Shown in pieces: positions 51,437-64,000 of a stretch of 64,000 nucleotides of DNA (its first letter is position 1; every line of letters starts with the position of its first letter). Where the stretch lies: NCBI GenBank assembly GCA_963818665.1, contig CAWFTM010000014.1:147404-211403 (forward strand), given 5' to 3'. The notes below the pieces were generated by a model. It had not been told where the DNA came from. It saw only the letters and a list, made by a program, of their open reading frames with translations, and did not search any database. The stretch is from an uncultured Hydrogenophilales bacterium (lineage in GTDB: Bacteria > Pseudomonadota > Gammaproteobacteria > Burkholderiales > Thiobacillaceae). The position numbers were made by a program, and so were the translations under genes.

Positions 51437-53030
51437 GTGCTCACCGCTTCCAGCATCACCCTGCAATTCGCCGCCAAACCGCTGTTCGAAAATGTGTCCG
51501 TCAAGTTCGGCGACGGCAACCGCTATGGCCTGATCGGCGCCAACGGCTGCGGCAAGTCCACCTTCATGAAGATTCTCGCCGGCGAACTGGAGCCGACCGC
51601 CGGCAACGTCTCGCTCGATCCCGGCGAGCGCATGGCCTGGCTGCGCCAGGACCAGTTCGGCTACGAGGAGCAGCGCGTGCTCGACGTGGTGCTGCAGGGC
51701 CACGCCGACATGTGGAAGGTGATGCAGGAAAAGGACGCCATCTACATGAACCCGGAGGCGACCGAGGACGACTACCTGCACGCCGCCGAGCTGGAAGCCC
51801 GGTTCGGCGAGATGGGCGGCTACGACGCCGAGGCGCGGGCGGGTCAATTATTGCTGGGCGTCGGCATCCCCACCGAACAGCACGACGGCCCGATGAGCCA
51901 GATCGCACCCGGCTTCAAGCTGCGCGTGCTGCTGACGCAGGCGCTGTTCTCCAACCCCGACATCCTGCTGCTCGACGAACCGACCAACAACCTCGACATC
52001 AACACCATCCGCTGGCTGGAAAACGTGCTGAACGAGAGCAACGCCACCATCATCGTCATCTCGCACGACCGCCACTTTCTGAACCAGGTCTGTACCCACA
52101 TGGCCGACCTCGATTTCGGCACCATCAAGGTCTACCCCGGCAACTACGACGATTACATGCTGGCCTCGACCCAGGTCAAGGAACGCCAGGCCTCGGCCAA
52201 CGCCAAGGCCAAGGACAAGGTCGCCGAACTGCAGGAATTCGTGCGCCGCTTCTCGGCCAACAAGTCGAAGGCGCGCCAGGCCACCAGCCGCATGAAGATG
52301 ATCGACAAGATCAAGATCGAGGACTTCAAGCCCAGCTCGCGGCAGAACCCCTACATCCGTTTCGAGCCGGAGAAGGCACTGCATCGCCGCGCGCTCGAAG
52401 TCGAAAACGCTCAAGTTCGGCTACGACGGCTCGCCGCTGTTCAGCAACCTCGGCTTCTCGCTGGAAGCCGGCGAAAAAATGGCCATCATCGGCGGCAACG
52501 GCGTCGGCAAATCGACCCTGATGAAGTTGCTGATGAACGAACTCACGCCGCAGTTCGGCGAGGTGCGCTGGAGCGAAAACGCCAACGTCGGCTATTTCTC
52601 GCAGGACCACATCGCCGATTTCGACATGGACAAGAACCTCACCGACTGGATGCACCAGTGGACCCAGCAGGGCGACGACGAGCAGGTGCTGCGCGGCATT
52701 CTCGGACGGCTGCTGTTCTCCGGCGACGATGTGAAGAAATCGGTGCGCGTGCTGTCCGGTGGCGAAAAAGGCCGCATGCTCTACGGCAAGCTGATGCTCG
52801 GCCGCCACAACGTGCTGCTGATGGACGAGCCGACCAACCACATGGACATGGAATCGATCGAGTCGCTGAACCTTGCGCTCGACCTGTTCAAGGGCACGCT
52901 GATTTTCGTCTCGCACGACCGCCAGTTCGTCAGCAGCCTCGCCACCCGCATCCTCGAAATCACCCCCGAAGGCGTCGAGTTCTACATGGGCGGCTATGAC
53001 GAGTACCTGCATTCAAAAGGTCTCGAATGA
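51437..53030 (+). CDS. ybiT: ABC-F family ATPase (YbiT-like); frameshift near 52410
   Basis: [51 protein letters not shown]. Confidence 0.88.
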
Positions 53031-53790
53031 GCGTAGTCGTCATCGGCCTCGGCCAGCTCGGTCGCGTGTTCGCCGGCGGCTTGTTGCGCAGCGGGCCGCA
53101 GTGTCGCCCCGGTCAATCGCGGCGACGACATGGCAGCGCTGGCGCAAGCCCATCCCTCGCCGGAAATGGTGCTGGTCGCAGTGGGCGAAAACGATTTGCA
53201 CGCCGCGCTGGACGCGCTGCCAGACGCCTGGAAGTCACGCGTCGCGCTGATCCAGAACGAACTGCTGCCGCGCGACTGGCTGGCGCACGGTCTGACCGAT
53301 CCGACCGTGATCTCGGTCTGGTTCGAAAAGAAAAAGGGCATCGACGCCAAGCCGCTGATCGCTTCGCCCGTCGCGGGGCCGGGTGCGGGCCTGCTGTGCC
53401 GCGCGCTGACTTCGATTGATTTGCCGTGCCGTGAAATCGCCCTGGGCGACGAACTGCTGTTCGAGCTGGTGCGCAAGAACGTCTACATCCTCACCACCAA
53501 TATCGCCGGCCTCAGGACCGGCGGCACGGTGGTCGAGTTGTGGGCGCAGCACGAAGCTTTCGCGCGCCAGGTGGCGAACGAGGTGATGGATATTCAGGAT
53601 GCGCTGACCGGCGTTGCCCATGATCGCGACAGACTCATCGCCGGCATGCTCGAAGCCTTCGACGGCGACCCCAATCACGGCTGCACCGGGCGCTCGGCCC
53701 CGGCGCGGCTGGCACGCGCAATCGGGCATGCGGATAGCTTCGGGCTGGCCGTGCCGACGTTGCGGCTGAAGCTGGCTACACGGTTCTTGA
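53027..53790 (+). CDS. Conserved hypothetical Rossmann-fold protein (ketopantoate-reductase-like); frameshift near 53095, 3' end uncertain
   Basis: [10 protein letters not shown] nucleotide-binding start, continuing in the 53130 frame as [11 protein letters not shown]...[13 protein letters not shown]. Confidence 0.6.
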
Positions 53791-53792
53791 GG

Positions 53793-54293
53793 TCACGCCT
53801 CAGCGGCACGCTCGAGCTGCCTTCGTCTGCCGTTGGGTTTTTTCTTGTCGCCCCCGTACACACCGCTGTGATCGAACGGCAGCCAGCCGGAGGGTTTGTC
53901 CATTTTGATGCGGCCCTTGATGCGATAAGGCACGCCGTCTTTCAGGCTGTCCGGCGTCAGGCTCTTGAACTGCCGGGCCAGGTTCTCCGATTGCATGAAC
54001 GCGTCCACCCGCAGCATCGCGCTCGAGCTGGCGGGAACCCGTGTCGAGGTGCCTGACAGCCCGTTGGCAAACGGGTGGCCGTTCACTTCCAGCTCGAATT
54101 CCAGCGCCTCGATGGTCAGGTCGAAATCGTTCGGATTGCTGATCCGCAGGCCCACATCGAAACGCTGCTCGAGCAGTCCGAGACGCTTGATCCCGACCTC
54201 CGCCACGCTCACCTTGGGCGCGACGGCGTTCCAGGGCAGGCCGGAACAGGCGGCGAGGCCGAGCGCGACAAGTAAAATCCACAGGCGCCGCAT
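53793..54293 (-). CDS. LEA type 2 (WHy) lipoprotein
   Basis: Lipobox LAAC; LRISNPNDFDL. Confidence 0.85.
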   Translation of the reverse strand: MRRLWILLVALGLAACSGLPWNAVAPKVSVAEVGIKRLGLLEQRFDVGLRISNPNDFDLTIEALEFELEVNGHPFANGLSGTSTRVPASSSAMLRVDAFMQSENLARQFKSLTPDSLKDGVPYRIKGRIKMDKPSGWLPFDHSGVYGGDKKKPNGRRRQLERAAEA

Positions 54294-54302
54294 GATGAAA
54301 CC

Positions 54303-55181
54303 CTATCGAATCTGCGCCAGCAAAGCGGCGGTCATGCGCGCAGCCTGCGCCGCGTAGCCGCCGCCGAACAGGTTGGCGTGGTTGAGAATGTGATAAAGAT
54401 TGTAGAGCGTTTTGCGCACGGCATAGCCGGCATCGAGCGGCCAGCTGGCGCGATACGCCGCGTAGAAGTCCGGCGCGAAGCCGCCGAACAGTTCGCTCAT
54501 CGCCAGGTCGCATTCGCGGTCGCCGACATAGAGCGCCGGATCGAAAATCACCGGCGTGCCGTCTGCGAGATAGCCATGATTGCCGCCCCACAAATCGCCG
54601 TGCAGCAGGGACGGCGTCGGCGCATAGCCGTCGAACAACGCATCGAGCCGATTCAGCAGCATGTCGCCGTCGCGCTGCAAGGCGCCGCCATAGCCGTTGT
54701 GTGCGGCGAGCGTGAGTTGAAAGCCGAGCCGCTGCTCGCGCCAGAACACAATCCAGTCGTGCTGCCAGGCATTGGCTTGCGGCGTGCTGCCGATCCAGTT
54801 GTCGTGCGCCCAGCCGAAGCGGGCCTGCGGCACGCGATGCAGCTGCGCCAGTTGTTCGCCCAGCAGGGCGGCGTCGCCGTTGCCGCCTAAATCGAGATAC
54901 TCCAGCACCAGAAATGCTTGCGCCGCTGTCGTTCCGATGCACACGGGCTGCGGCACACGGATGCATTGGGTGGCGGCGAGCGCACGCAATGCATCGGCCT
55001 CCGCCTCGAACATCGGCAGGCACCCGGCACGGTTTGCCTTGACGAAATAGCGGCGCGCACCGTTGCCGACGCGATAAGCCTGATGGATATCACCGCCGCC
55101 GACGGGCGTCAGCGCGGTGGGGGTAAAGGGGGTTCCGCTGGCTGCGGTAATGGCGTCGGCGATCGCCTGGGCAAACGTCAT
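54303..55181 (-). CDS. Fructosamine kinase family protein
   Basis: VGGGDIH, SLLHGDLWGGN, FDPALYVGDRECDLAM. Confidence 0.92.
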   Translation of the reverse strand: MTFAQAIADAITAASGTPFTPTALTPVGGGDIHQAYRVGNGARRYFVKANRAGCLPMFEAEADALRALAATQCIRVPQPVCIGTTAAQAFLVLEYLDLGGNGDAALLGEQLAQLHRVPQARFGWAHDNWIGSTPQANAWQHDWIVFWREQRLGFQLTLAAHNGYGGALQRDGDMLLNRLDALFDGYAPTPSLLHGDLWGGNHGYLADGTPVIFDPALYVGDRECDLAMSELFGGFAPDFYAAYRASWPLDAGYAVRKTLYNLYHILNHANLFGGGYAAQAARMTAALLAQIR

Positions 55182-55248
55182 CTGTCGCAACCGCACAAAC
55201 CACGCGCGCCCCGGAGGGCGCGCGATGGTACGGAGCACGTCGCGGGCA

Positions 55249-55648
55249 TTACTTGCCCTTGGGACGCTGCTCGAACATTTTGGCAATGCCGGGTTCGCGC
55301 GAGGCGCCGGCGGCTGCCATGCGCTTCAGGTATTCGTCCCACAAGGCGGCCTGATTGCTCGCCGAGGTCATGCAGGTATTCCCAGGAATAAATGCCGGTG
55401 TCGTGGCCGTCGGAAAAGAAGAAATTGATGCCGTACAGGCCTACCGGTTCGGCGGCGTTGATCAGCACATCCTTCTTGCCGACCTGCAGCACTTCCTGCC
55501 CGGGGCCGTGGCCGCGCACTTCGGCGGAGGGCGAATAGACGCGCAGAAACTCGAATGGCAATTCAAAGCGCGCACCGTCGGTGAACGCGATTTCCAGCTT
55601 GTGCGAAGCCTGGTGCAGTTTGATGTCGGTAGGGGTGGGGATGGCCAT
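55249..55648 (-). CDS. DUF971 / GBBH-like N-terminal domain protein; frameshift near 55358
   Basis: EFLRVYSPSAEVRGHG; FSDGHDTGIYSWEYL; likely true C-terminus LWDEYLKRMAAAGASRE in the shifted frame. Confidence 0.82.
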
Positions 55649-55738
55649 GATGAACACTCTCGAAGTCACTTCAGCCCGAAGTTTAAACCCGCAAGGCGGA
55701 GATTAAACCCTTGCGTGGCAAGGGACTGAACTGAAAAC

Positions 55739-55815
55739 TGGCGCGCCCGGCGCGATTCGAACGCACGACCCCTGCCTTCGGAGGGCAGTACTCTATCCAG
55801 CTGAGCTACGGGCGC
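55739..55815 (-). tRNA. tRNA-Arg (CCG)
   Basis: GCGCCCGTAGCTCAGCTGGATAGAGTACTGCCCT-CCG-AAGGCAGGGGTCGTGCGTTCGAATCGCGCCGGGCGCGCCA; encoded CCA end. Confidence 0.97.
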
Positions 55816-55954
55816 CTGAAACTGGTCTCTTGGGAGGCCGAAGCATAGCGGGTTTGCCGCATCGCGTCCATCCGCGAGGCGTGCCGCCCTTTCCTGAAAG
55901 GGCGGCTTTCCTTATAATCCCGGCTTTCGACGCCACCCCCAAGGAACATTTCTC

Positions 55955-56769
55955 ATGGCCGATTCGCACGCCAAGATGACCCAAGCCACGTCGCAGGAAG
56001 TCATCATTTCCATCCTCGCCGGATTGTTCGCGCCGCTGTTGGCGATTTTCCTGGTGGTCCAGCTGGTACTCAGCATTCAGGGGGAACACAAGCCCGACAC
56101 CACCAGCGAAGCCGCGCAGAAAGCAACGGCCGCACGCATCCAGCCGGTGGCCACGCTGGCCGCGCTTGACGCCAACGCGCCCAAGGTCGAGAAATCCGGC
56201 CAGGAAGTCTACGATGCGGTGTGTGCCTCGTGTCACGCGGCGGGTGCGCTGGGCGCGCCCAAGTTTGAGAACAAGGGTGACTGGGGTTCACGTATCGCCC
56301 AGGGATACGACACCCTGGTCAAGCACGCGATCGAAGGCATACGTCAGATGCCTCCGCGTGGCGGCGACGGCGACTTGTCCGACACCGAAGTGGCGCGGGC
56401 GGTGGCCTACATGGCCAACTCGGCCGGCGCAAAATTCACCGAGCCGGCAGCCGCGGCGCCGGAAGCCGCCGCTCCGGCCGCGGCAGGGCCGAAACCGCCA
56501 GCGCAGCCAAGCCCGATCCTGCCAAAGGCAAGGCGGTGTACGAAGCCAACTGCGCAGCGTGTCACGCCACCGGCGTGGCGGGCGCGCCCAAGGCGGGCGA
56601 CAAGGCCGCCTGGTCGGCGCGCATCGGTCAGGGCTTCGATGGCCTGTACAAATCGGCGCTGAACGGCAAGAACGCCATGCCCGCCAAGGGCGGCAACGCC
56701 GATCTGTCCGAAGCGGACCTGGCCAACGCCGTCGGTTATCTGCTGGTCGAGGCGGGTGGCAAGCTTTAA
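55955..56769 (+). CDS. Membrane-anchored dihaem cytochrome c5; frameshift in the Ala/Pro linker near 56495
   Basis: CASCH...MPPRGG and CAACH...MPAKGG. Confidence 0.88.
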
Positions 56770-56859
56770 TCGGGGTGTGCGGCGTGGGGCGCAGTGTCGC
56801 CCCATGACCGTACTCCATCCCGCCCCGTTGCTGGCTGTGCACTCGCGCTAAAGTCAATC

Positions 56860-57624
56860 ATGCCGCGCGTCTGTCCACACTGCGGGAGTGATCAAGTCCG
56901 CAGTGCTTCGCTCCATGCCCACGACGGCGTGCTCCACATGCTGCTGCACACGTCGCTGCGCTGCCGCGAATGCCGGCACCGCTTCTGGGTATTCAATCCG
57001 CTCAAACCTCTGTTGTTGCTGATCGTCGTCGGCGCGCTGGTCGGCCTGACCGCCTGGCTCGCGCTCGACCCGCAGGCCGTCGCGCCGATCGCATCGGAAA
57101 CCGGCAGCCTGCCGCACGCGCGTGCGGCCCAGGGTGACGCCGAAGCGCAATTGCAACTGGGTTTGCGCTATGCCGAAGGCGACGGCGTCATCCAGAACGA
57201 CAAGGAAGCCACCAAGTGGTTTGCGCTCGCCGCCAGGCAGGGCTTGGCCGAAGCGCAATATCACTATGGCTTGGCCTTGTTGCATGGGCGCGGGGTGGTG
57301 CAGGACTATCAGGCGGCCTTCAGCTGGATCGAAAAACCCGCCAAGCGCGGCTATGCCAAAGCGCAATACAGCCTGGGCGAACTCTATCGCTTCGGCACCG
57401 GCACCGCGGTCGACAAGGCGCGCGCCTACCTGTGGTTCAATCTCGCCGCCGCGCAGGGGATGGACGCCGCCGCCAAGGCGCGCGACAGCCTGGTCTGGCA
57501 GTTGAAGCCCGAGCAGATCGCGGCGATGCAGGACGAGGCGCGGCGCATGAGCTTCGCCCCGCCCGCGCCCGTCGCACCCACCGCCGCACAGGCAGCGCCC
57601 GCTGCCGCTCCTGTCACACCCTGA
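56860..57624 (+). CDS. Zinc-ribbon + TM + Sel1-repeat protein
   Basis: CPHC...CREC, hydrophobic helix, Sel1 repeats (AQLQLGLRYAEGDGV, AQYHYGLALLHGRGV, AQYSLGELYRFGTGT). Confidence 0.85.
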   Translation: MPRVCPHCGSDQVRSASLHAHDGVLHMLLHTSLRCRECRHRFWVFNPLKPLLLLIVVGALVGLTAWLALDPQAVAPIASETGSLPHARAAQGDAEAQLQLGLRYAEGDGVIQNDKEATKWFALAARQGLAEAQYHYGLALLHGRGVVQDYQAAFSWIEKPAKRGYAKAQYSLGELYRFGTGTAVDKARAYLWFNLAAAQGMDAAAKARDSLVWQLKPEQIAAMQDEARRMSFAPPAPVAPTAAQAAPAAAPVTP

Positions 57625-57636
57625 GTCTTTCTGACG

Positions 57637-62002
<4,366 letters not shown>

Positions 62003-62005
62003 GAC

Positions 62006-63067
62006 TTACTCCCCCAGCCATTGCGCTTTAAGCGCCGCCACGCCCTTGGCAGCGACGCGGCTGCCGGGGGCCAGGCCGGTGACTTCGGCCTGGCTGGCGT
62101 TCTGGCGAACCAGTTGCACCGGTGTCGGCGTGAAGCCCTGCGCGGTTTCGACGAAGACATACGGCACATTGGCTTTCCACACCAGCGCGGCGGCGGGCAC
62201 GGCCAGCCCCTGCGCCGACTGCGCGCCCGCAAGGCCGACCTGCACCGACTGGCCGGGACGCAACAGTTTTTGCGGGTCGACCAGGCTGGCGCGCGCCAGC
62301 ACGCTTTGCGACGCATTGAGCTGCGGCAACAGGGCGGTGACGCGGCCACTGGCCGGGCTGTCCGCCACCGTCACCGCCTGCCCGACGGCGACCTGGCGCG
62401 CCTGCGCCGTCGACAGCGGAATCTCCAGCGCCAGTTTCGACAGATCGGCCACTTTCACCAGCGCCATGCCGGCATCCACCCGTTCGCCCGGCTCGGCGGC
62501 GCTTTCCACCACCACCCCGGCGATCGGCGCGGTCAGCGTGATCGCACTGCCGGACACCGTGCCCGCACCCAGCATCGCCAGCGTCGTCTGTGCTGCCGCC
62601 AGGCTGGCGCGCGCCGACTGCGTCTCGGCTTGCGTTGCGCGCAGGCGCGATTCGGCGATCAGGCCTTCGGCGAACAGTTTTTCGTCACGCGCGGCATTGC
62701 TGGCGGCGAGCTGCGATTTCAACCGCGCCTGCGTCAAGGCATTCTGCGCATCGGCCAGGCCCGGCATCGACAGGGTGATCAGCGGCGCGCCGCGTTTGAC
62801 CGGGTCGCCCGCCTGCACATGGAGTTGCGTCACCAGCCCCGCACCCGCTGCGGCGACGACGCGCACGCTGGCGGGCGGCAATGTCACCCGTGCCGGATAG
62901 GTGAGCGCCGGGCTGGCGGCTTGCGTGGCAGCCGCCACGGTGGCGATGCCCAGGTTCTTTTTCTGGGCCGCAGTCAGCGGCAGCACGTCGGCGGCGAAAG
63001 CCGGCAACGCAGCCAACAGCAGAACAGGGGCGGCAATAATTCGAGCGGTTAAAAAAGCAGCAGTCAT
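62006..63067 (-). CDS. RND membrane-fusion protein (CzcB-like)
   Basis: Signal peptide; VQAGDPVKRGAPL; LTAPIAGVV; LRPGQSV. Confidence 0.9.
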   Translation of the reverse strand: MTAAFLTARIIAAPVLLLAALPAFAADVLPLTAAQKKNLGIATVAAATQAASPALTYPARVTLPPASVRVVAAAGAGLVTQLHVQAGDPVKRGAPLITLSMPGLADAQNALTQARLKSQLAASNAARDEKLFAEGLIAESRLRATQAETQSARASLAAAQTTLAMLGAGTVSGSAITLTAPIAGVVVESAAEPGERVDAGMALVKVADLSKLALEIPLSTAQARQVAVGQAVTVADSPASGRVTALLPQLNASQSVLARASLVDPQKLLRPGQSVQVGLAGAQSAQGLAVPAAALVWKANVPYVFVETAQGFTPTPVQLVRQNASQAEVTGLAPGSRVAAKGVAALKAQWLGE

Positions 63068-63130
63068 GCGTGATCTCCATCAATAAAAAACGACAGGCAG
63101 GCGCGCGCAGGCGGCGCGCCGCGAGGGCGA

Positions 63131-63514
63131 TCAGACCGAGGGTGGGGCTAAGGCATGGGGACGCGAGTGGTCAGGCGGAGCCCGCTGTGGCTGGGGCGGC
63201 GCGGGCAGGCCCGCGCCAGACTGGGCGATGCGTCCGGCACGTGGCAGCGACAGCGTCACCGCAGGCTGGACAGCGTGGGCTGCGTCCAGCGGGTCGATCC
63301 GTAGCGGCCGGCCTTGTGCTACCTCAAACGACGCGCCGTGTTCATCGGCCGCCAGCGCATGGTAGGCCGCGTCGCCATGCGCACCCTGGTGCAGATGCAT
63401 AAAATTCGCGTGTTTCAGCTGCACCGCGCCCGCATGGGCGTGGATGAACGGCGTCATCGCCTGCAGGGCGACGAGCAGCCAGAGCATCAATAAGCGGTGA
63501 AGTCGGTGCGGCAC
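63131..63514 (-). CDS. Small His-rich protein with hydrophobic N-terminus (DUF2946/CzcI-like upstream ORF)
   Basis: LLMLWLLVALQAMTPFIHAH...HLHQGAH...; C-terminus RPHALAPPSV; directly upstream of the efflux operon. Confidence 0.65.
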   Translation of the reverse strand: MPHRLHRLLMLWLLVALQAMTPFIHAHAGAVQLKHANFMHLHQGAHGDAAYHALAADEHGASFEVAQGRPLRIDPLDAAHAVQPAVTLSLPRAGRIAQSGAGLPAPPQPQRAPPDHSRPHALAPPSV

Positions 63515-63627
63515 GGTCGAGGTCAGTGAGGGTTGGCCTGAAGGTCAAAGAATAGGCTGCGGCAGGTCAGCGCGCGCGGGTCGGCGCTGGCGAATCTGCA
63601 AACAGGCGCACATCCTGACGCAGGATT

Positions 63628-63644
63628 CTTAAGACGGCCTTAAG
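63628..63644. promoter_or_regulatory. PmrA/QseB/BqsR-type direct-repeat box
   Basis: CTTAAG-ACGGC-CTTAAG (N5 spacer), about 115 bp upstream of the upstream ORF. Confidence 0.55.
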
Positions 63645-63801
63645 TTAAGGACATCAATGGGCCGGAAGCGACCCCAAGCAGCCACGCAGGGGTGAGCCGC
63701 GAGCGTCGGCTGTTTGGCCGACGCGGACACACAATTAGCTCGCGTCGGTGTCCACGGAATCGGCAGCAGCCCAGAACACATACTTATTTTCGCGGGGTAA
63801 A

Positions 63802-64000
63802 TTACATTTCTGTGAGCACGTAGGTTGTCTCTTCACTGCTACACATGTCGAGTATATGGTTGGCGAACGCGTCATCGTAGTCGTTCGACCAGGTGCCGTT
63901 CTTGTCTTCAGTGATGAGGGGCTCCGCAGCCAGGTCCATGTACTTCCCGTCGCCGATGTTTACCACGCTAATGCCATCATCGACATCTTCCAAGACCCAT
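63802..64000 (-). CDS. 3' end of an acidic, lower-GC hypothetical protein (starts outside the window)
   Basis: Open frame ...WVLEDVDDGISVVNIGDGKYMDLAAEP...TEM* reaching the window edge. Confidence 0.5.
   Translation of the reverse strand, partial: WVLEDVDDGISVVNIGDGKYMDLAAEPLITEDKNGTWSNDYDDAFANHILDMCSSEETTYVLTEM

Noticed and set aside
55680-55815. tRNA-Arg as an island integration site
   Set aside because: No integrase nearby and I saw no duplicate of the tRNA 3' end; flanking genes look native

Overview
GC-rich betaproteobacterial chromosome segment. Gene content (dsrS, DUF302 protein, SoxW-like thioredoxin, Sfum_1244-like protein) suggests a sulfur oxidiser of the Thiobacillus type (inference). 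Mostly core genes: mpl, hemCDXY, dsbD/cutA/fxsA, thiDE-hemL-dsrS, rubredoxin, Pil-Chp (pilGHIJ-chpA), rsmE, argA, an ABC-F ATPase, tRNA-Arg(CCG) and a cytochrome c5. Accessory modules are a TpsB/TpsA adhesin pair, a PhnD-type binding protein coupled to a GGDEF-EAL protein, and a CzcBAC-like RND efflux operon. About ten genes carry 1-bp frameshifts, most likely long-read assembly errors. The most unusual non-gene signals: (1) two inverted ~265-bp structured repeats at 1.56-2.94 kb, with compensatory base changes, enclosing ORF-less lower-GC DNA; (2) two ~167-bp CTAG-ended palindromic MITE-like elements with different termini but a shared core hairpin; (3) a His-rich upstream ORF ending in LAPP, a hairpin/U-tract and a CTTAAG-N5-CTTAAG box in front of the metal efflux operon. 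All family assignments come from motif recognition by eye; no database searches were run.
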